Shown here piece by piece: positions 59,751-64,000 of a DNA stretch of 64,000 nucleotides. Source of the stretch: Saprospiraceae bacterium (GTDB lineage: Bacteria; Bacteroidota; Bacteroidia; Chitinophagales; Saprospiraceae). The position numbers and the translations under genes are program-made. The stretch spans positions 12,930 through 76,929 of the forward strand of contig JBBAVI010000011.1 in the NCBI GenBank assembly GCA_040397785.1. Reading direction: 5' to 3'. Every line of letters begins with the position of its first letter. The stretch's first letter is position 1. Below the pieces are notes generated by a model. It had not been told where the DNA came from. It searched no databases and worked only from the letters and a program-made list of their open reading frames with translations.

Positions 59751-61544
59751 TTAGGGTGTGCGCAAAGGCACCAGGATCGTTATCGATGTTCCCGTATCGG
59801 GTATGCTGGAGATATTGCAAGTGCCGCCAATTTCGACGGCGCGCTGGCGCATATTTTGCAGGCCATAGCCCATGGTAAGTTGCGTGTCTATCTGGAATCC
59901 TTGGCCATTATCATACAGCACCATGCGCAATTGCGGCTCCTGGAGGTCGAACAAAATATGCACTGCATCGGCAGCAGCATGTTTGATGGCATTGGTGATG
60001 CCTTCCTGGGCAATACGGTACAAGTTGAGCAAAATGCCAGGACTGAGTATCAGCGACTCTAAATCGGATTTGCAGGTGATATTTACTTCAACCTGGGTGT
60101 TTTTACCTGCAAATTCGCTTATTTTGGTCAATAATTCCTGCAATGGAGCATCCTGGGTTTGAATGGCCCAGATCGTTTCCCGCAATTGCTGCATGGCGGT
60201 TCGCGTATTGTCCACAATATTTTTTAGGGCATTTTGTTGCGTTTGATCGCCGGTACGCTGCACCTGGCGGGTCAGTTCCGATCCGATCAGGGTCAATTCG
60301 GCCCCTAAATTGTCGTGCAGGTCGCGGCTGATGCGCAGTCGTTCTTCCTGCAGTCCGTTGTACATTTCGGCCCGAAGCAGTTCTTCCTGCAGTTGGGCTT
60401 CCCGTTGCAATTGGGCTTGTTTTTCGCGTTGCCGTTTGATCAGCACAGATCCAACAGCGATACTCAGCAGCAACAGCCCAATCAATGCTAACAGCCAAAA
60501 ATTCCGGCTGCGCACCCGCAATTGTTCCCGAATGAGGTCCTTTTCTTTCCGGGCCGTTTCGTATTTAGTTTGCATTTCTGCAATCTGTCGGCTGCGGTTA
60601 ATGTTAAAAAGGCTGTCTTTAAGGGAATTGCTCAAGTTAAGCCAGTGGAGTGCTTCTTTAAAATTGCCGCTTTCTTGCTCGCATTTCGCCAGCATTTCGA
60701 GGTTATATTGCCGTAAAGCCAGAAAATTGATGCTCGACGCGATGGCTAAACTTTTTTCAAAATAGGCTTTTGCGTCTTTGTAACTGGCTGCTACCAGGTA
60801 CGCTTCCCCAATGTTGCAATAATTGACGGCCATACCTTGTTTGTCGCCCATTTTTGCCCGAATTTGCGTCGATTGTTCGATCAAATCAATCGCCAAGCGC
60901 GTATTCCCTGCGTCAGAGGCGACGGAAGCGAGGTTATTTAACACATATCCCAGTCCGATACTATCGCCAATGGCCTGCCGGATCGAAAATACGCGCAAAA
61001 ACAATTCCTGCGCCTGAGGCCATTCATTGTGCTGCATGGCTATGATGCCCCGATTATCGAGTGCCGTTGCCAGCAAACTCGAATCCCGGGCTTTCAAGGC
61101 TGCCTGCTCTGCGGCTACCGTATATTGTACCGCCTTTTCTTGTTCCTTAAAACGGGAATAATAAATGGCCATTTCATTGAGCACCGAGGCTTTGCCTGCC
61201 TCCTCGCTCAAGGCTTCGAAAAGGTCGAGCGCCTGCTGGTAATAACCCAGTGCTAATTCATATTTTCCTAGCAAATAGTAGTTTACCCCCAGGTTTTTGA
61301 GGGTTTTGGCCTCTAATAATCGGAGTTTGTCGTTCCGTGCAATGGTGAGCGCACGTTCTCCCAACACCTTACCCTGTTCGAAATCGGCCGATGAAATCGC
61401 GTAAAACCGTGCATTAATCAGCGTTACCTGTGCCTCCGGGGCAAGATTGGGCAAGGCTGCCAGTACTGAGTCAAGCGTAGTTTGTGCCTGGCAGCCGACC
61501 GCCAGGCACAAACAAACTATCCATGTCAGTATCCGTTTTTGCAA
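59751..61544 (-). CDS. Sensor histidine kinase (HisKA_3/NarX type) with signal peptide and extracytoplasmic TPR sensor domain
   Basis: 597 aa with a TTG start 2 nt after the upstream stop. The signal/lipobox is CLCLAVGCQAQ. About 330 aa are TPR-like repeats. One TM helix is present (FWLLALIGLLLLSIAVGSVLI), then the H-box RISRDLHDNLGAELT and an HATPase_c domain (DNGQGF...GYGLQNMRQRA). Confidence 0.85.
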   Translation of the reverse strand: MQKRILTWIVCLCLAVGCQAQTTLDSVLAALPNLAPEAQVTLINARFYAISSADFEQGKVLGERALTIARNDKLRLLEAKTLKNLGVNYYLLGKYELALGYYQQALDLFEALSEEAGKASVLNEMAIYYSRFKEQEKAVQYTVAAEQAALKARDSSLLATALDNRGIIAMQHNEWPQAQELFLRVFSIRQAIGDSIGLGYVLNNLASVASDAGNTRLAIDLIEQSTQIRAKMGDKQGMAVNYCNIGEAYLVAASYKDAKAYFEKSLAIASSINFLALRQYNLEMLAKCEQESGNFKEALHWLNLSNSLKDSLFNINRSRQIAEMQTKYETARKEKDLIREQLRVRSRNFWLLALIGLLLLSIAVGSVLIKRQREKQAQLQREAQLQEELLRAEMYNGLQEERLRISRDLHDNLGAELTLIGSELTRQVQRTGDQTQQNALKNIVDNTRTAMQQLRETIWAIQTQDAPLQELLTKISEFAGKNTQVEVNITCKSDLESLILSPGILLNLYRIAQEGITNAIKHAAADAVHILFDLQEPQLRMVLYDNGQGFQIDTQLTMGYGLQNMRQRAVEIGGTCNISSIPDTGTSITILVPLRTP

Positions 61545-61546
61545 AT

Positions 61547-63040
61547 TTAGTTGTGTGTTATTTCCACCATCAGCGGCACCACGGTACCCTGATGTTTAAC
61601 TTTTTTTACTTGAAATCCAATTTCGTCCAAAGCGTAACTGACTTCCGACGGGAGGATTAATTGATCACCCAGGGCGGCTTTGATTTTTTGCGATAAACCG
61701 CCCGCCGTTTGGTTCATTTTATTTAGTATTTGAGCCGTATTGAGCGGTCCCTGGCTGTATAAAATCAGCATATAGTCCGTACCCGCTTGTTGGTCCATTT
61801 TTACAATTTTTGTTTCAGAAGGGAAGGCCACTTCACTTTCGGCTCCGATGTGCGGCGACATATTATCGTCAAAAGGCAGGATTTTATTCACTTTGCCTGA
61901 CAAATCGGTTGCGAAGGCGTAAATATAAGATTCTGAATTGGTAGTAATGTAAAATCTAAATTTAGTGCCACTTGAATAGGCTTCATCCATGCGGTAGGCC
62001 ATCAAATCTTCTTTGTAAGCAGGCGTATCATCTTCTACAATCAGGTTGCGGGTGAGGATCCGGTTGGCAGGCATTTGGGCACCCGTATTGGTTTGAAAAC
62101 GCACTTTTCCTGCCAACAACACATCCATAACCGGGTCGATCGGGCTCGGCGTTGGAGTAGGTGCGGGTGTCGGCGTAGGCTCAGGCTGTACAACGGTAGC
62201 AGGATAAGCCTGGATTGCAATCAGAGAATATTCGGCAAAATCTTTGTATTTTATCCATACAAAACCGCCATCGCCCCAAGTACTGCCCCAGCTGTTGAGC
62301 ACCCGAAATGCGCCCCCGTATTGATTGTCATCATACCCAACGATGCACATAGCGTGCCGTCCGTGTTGTCCGGTTGGACCATCGTCGGTCGCCAAGGGTT
62401 CCCAGAGTGCTTTGGAATTGTAAAATGATTCGGTTACCAAAAAGCCCAGCATGCAGGGATAACCTTCTGAAAGCGCTTTTTTCACACTGTTTATTTTTAT
62501 GGAAGCGTCTATTTCATCGGGCAAATAAAGGATCTGGTAGTCGGCAATGCGAAAATCAAAACCTTCGAGCATGGCTTCCACGGCCACGGATGCGCCACAT
62601 TGATAAGGCATGGTTTGGTTGGTGGCAACCCCCAGGTTTTTCATCAGTTCAAAAGCGTCGACCGGGTTGGTACCTTCCTGGCAATTGACATCCCCTTCAG
62701 CCTTGATTTGTTCGTATACGTAAGAGGGCGAAAAGATGCGCTGGTTGATTTTTGAGGAGCTTGTGATATTGTTTTGTTTGGCCCATAAAATGGTACGCAA
62801 ATGATAGGCCACCGAAAAAGCCACGCAAGTGCTGTATTGTCCCTGATCGCCCGGTGTTGGGCAGAATTTTTCGAGGGAAGCCGCCCTAGGCATGGCCTTA
62901 TAACTTTGAGTGGTGAGTTTGGCTTTGTAGGGGATGGTCCGCAGTGTAGGCGGATCAAAGATCATTCCGGTAGTTTTTTTTTGGGCAAAAACGGTCGTAG
63001 CTGCCAACAAGAGCGCAGCAAGCAAAGTAACATGTTTCAT
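61547..63040 (-). CDS. Secreted papain-like (C1) cysteine peptidase with Pro/Thr linker and C-terminal DUF4384-like domain
   Basis: 497 aa with a signal peptide. The catalytic Cys context is GDQGQYSTCVAFS (Cys codon ~62825-62827). The His/Asn contexts are GRHAMCIVGY and VLNSWGSTWGDGGFVWI. The linker is PEPTPTPAPTPTPSP. The tail (YSSGTKFRFYITTNSESYIYAFATDLSGKVNKILPF) resembles DUF4384. Confidence 0.75.
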   Translation of the reverse strand: MKHVTLLAALLLAATTVFAQKKTTGMIFDPPTLRTIPYKAKLTTQSYKAMPRAASLEKFCPTPGDQGQYSTCVAFSVAYHLRTILWAKQNNITSSSKINQRIFSPSYVYEQIKAEGDVNCQEGTNPVDAFELMKNLGVATNQTMPYQCGASVAVEAMLEGFDFRIADYQILYLPDEIDASIKINSVKKALSEGYPCMLGFLVTESFYNSKALWEPLATDDGPTGQHGRHAMCIVGYDDNQYGGAFRVLNSWGSTWGDGGFVWIKYKDFAEYSLIAIQAYPATVVQPEPTPTPAPTPTPSPIDPVMDVLLAGKVRFQTNTGAQMPANRILTRNLIVEDDTPAYKEDLMAYRMDEAYSSGTKFRFYITTNSESYIYAFATDLSGKVNKILPFDDNMSPHIGAESEVAFPSETKIVKMDQQAGTDYMLILYSQGPLNTAQILNKMNQTAGGLSQKIKAALGDQLILPSEVSYALDEIGFQVKKVKHQGTVVPLMVEITHN

Positions 63041-63121
63041 AAGGACGATCGGATCGTAAGTTTCGAAATACGCGAGGGCCGCCTGAGCATTCGGCGCTCA
63101 AGCAACAATGCGATAGTCAAA

Positions 63122-63172
63122 CAAAGGTCGGGGTAGTAGGGCAGCGGGCCTATCCGATGTTTATCGGATATT
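63122..63172 (-). promoter_or_regulatory. Second copy of the palindrome module: TATCCGATGTTTATCGGATATT, 21-nt spacer, GACCTTTG box
   Basis: The palindrome at 63151-63172 matches 59718-59739 at 19 of 22 positions. The box at 63122-63129 lies 81 nt upstream of the C1 peptidase ATG. Confidence 0.45.
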
Positions 63173-63175
63173 AGC

Positions 63176-63553
63176 GTTGGCTCAAGTCCAGACACTAGGA
63201 TACTTTTTGTAAGTAAGGCCTACGTTGGGAAGGAACACGACTACGCATTATTAAAGGCAGCGTTCCCTTGCGCGATACCTTGGTTTAAGAATTTTATCGT
63301 ACGATTGGATTCTGGTTATCAAGGTTTTCAGTCAGATTACGAATCTTAAAAAAGTTACCTACCACATAAGAAGTCGAAAAAGAAGGAACTAACTGATGGA
63401 CAAAAAAATTAAAATTAAGTGGCTGCTAGGGAACGAATAAAAGTTGAGCACAGCACAGGTGGATTAAAACGTTATCGAATTCTAAGTGAACGCACAAGAA
63501 TTAAGGATTTTGTCTTATTTGATGAAATTATTGGTATTTGTGCAGGCTTATAG
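63176..63553 (+). pseudogene. Decayed, 5'-truncated DDE transposase gene (IS5/Harbinger-like DDE_Tnp_4 type)
   Basis: A single frame reads ...ILFVSKAYVGKEHDYALLKAAFPCAIPWFKNFIVRLDSGYQGFQSDYES*KSYLPHKKSKKKELTDGQKN*N*VAARERIKVEHSTGGLKRYRILSERTRIKDFVLFDEIIGICAGL*. It has the D(x)GYQG and R-I-K-V-E-H motifs, three in-frame TAA stops and no N-terminal third. Confidence 0.65.
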
Positions 63554-63650
63554 AATTACACTAAAATCAACACAAATGATTGATTGTAATCATGTCACCA
63601 ACTCTATTAATTATGGGATAAAAGTACTATGCATTGTTTATAAATAAAAG

Positions 63651-63788
63651 GGGTTCCACGGAGAAGCTTGGAGGGACGGAGTTACGCGGAGAAAAAAGGG
63701 TTCCACGGAGAAGCTTGGAGGGACGGAGTTACGCGGAGAAAAACTCTGTGCAACTCCGTCCCTCCAAGCTTCTCCGTGGAACCCTTTT
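63651..63788. repeat. Composite repeat: two perfect 46-bp direct copies plus an inverted partial copy forming a ~35-bp perfect hairpin
   Basis: The unit gggttccacggagaagcttggagggacggagttacgcggagaaaaa occurs at 63651-63696 and 63698-63743. The reverse complement of its first 31 nt lies at 63754-63784. The stem 63694-63728 pairs with 63754-63788. Confidence 0.9.
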
Positions 63789-63887
63789 AAAAACCGCGTC
63801 TCGGAGGGACAAGCACGAAAAAACTTGCACCCCTCCCATTTTCTCCCCACTTTTGCCCCAAAATAAAGCATCACTATGCACAATACC

Positions 63888-64000
63888 ATGAAATTCCCAG
63901 CGATTCTTTTTGTCCTTTTCCTCGCCATCTCCAGCTGGCAATGCGGCAGTGAGCCAGCCCCAAGCACACCTACAACTACCACCGCCCCGGCTCCGAAAAC
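63888..64000 (+). CDS. Putative lipoprotein, 5' end only (runs off window)
   Basis: It begins MKFPAILFVLFLAISSWQCGSEPAPSTPTTTTAPAPK. The frame is open to the window end. An alternative in-frame ATG lies at 63876. Confidence 0.5.
   Translation, partial: MKFPAILFVLFLAISSWQCGSEPAPSTPTTTTAPAPK

Noticed and set aside
63651-63788. Possible CRISPR array
   Set aside because: There are only two adjacent direct copies with no spacers, plus an inverted copy. No cas genes are present in the window.
63634-63982. 85-aa (+), 114-aa (-) and 70-aa (-) ORFs across the composite repeat
   Set aside because: They are translations of the direct/inverted repeat units, which is why the peptide STEKLGGTELRGEK recurs. 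On the minus strand they overlap the start of a better-supported lipoprotein gene.

Overview
This is a Bacteroidota-type chromosomal segment. The assignment rests on a fused ccoNO cbb3 oxidase, T9SS PorQ plus type-A and type-B C-terminal sorting domains, TAnnTTTG -7 promoter boxes and the absence of Shine-Dalgarno sequences. No database search was run. Most of the window is housekeeping: the cbb3 oxidase cluster (ccoS-ccoNO-ccoQ-ccoP-ccoG), the str operon (rpsL-rpsG-fusA), acpP-fabF-rnc, rimP-nusA-infB, rfbA, lptB, pyk, fur, HMG-CoA synthase and kynurenine 3-monooxygenase. I found no tRNA, rRNA or CRISPR array. The best candidate for a novel system is a six-gene minus-strand cluster at 52.9-63.2 kb. 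It encodes a secreted papain-like C1 peptidase with a DUF4384-like tail, a histidine kinase with an extracytoplasmic TPR sensor, a NarL/LuxR response regulator, two secreted proteins of unknown function, and a secreted beta-propeller-caspase (C14) protein. A near-identical 22-bp palindrome precedes both of its apparent transcription units, each time exactly 21 nt upstream of a (T/G)ACCTTTG -7-like box. That arrangement looks like an autoregulatory operator. The cluster is flanked by a decayed 5'-truncated transposase gene plus a composite repeat on one side, and by a deletion scar on the other that truncated a divergent AraC/DoxX-like pair. Other items are a MITE-like inverted-repeat element, orphan immunity-like genes, an AT-rich islet, small cco genes missed by the ORF track, and several candidate operators and terminators. 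Functional calls come from motifs I recognised in the translations. Coordinates were hand-counted and may be off by a few nt for hairpins.
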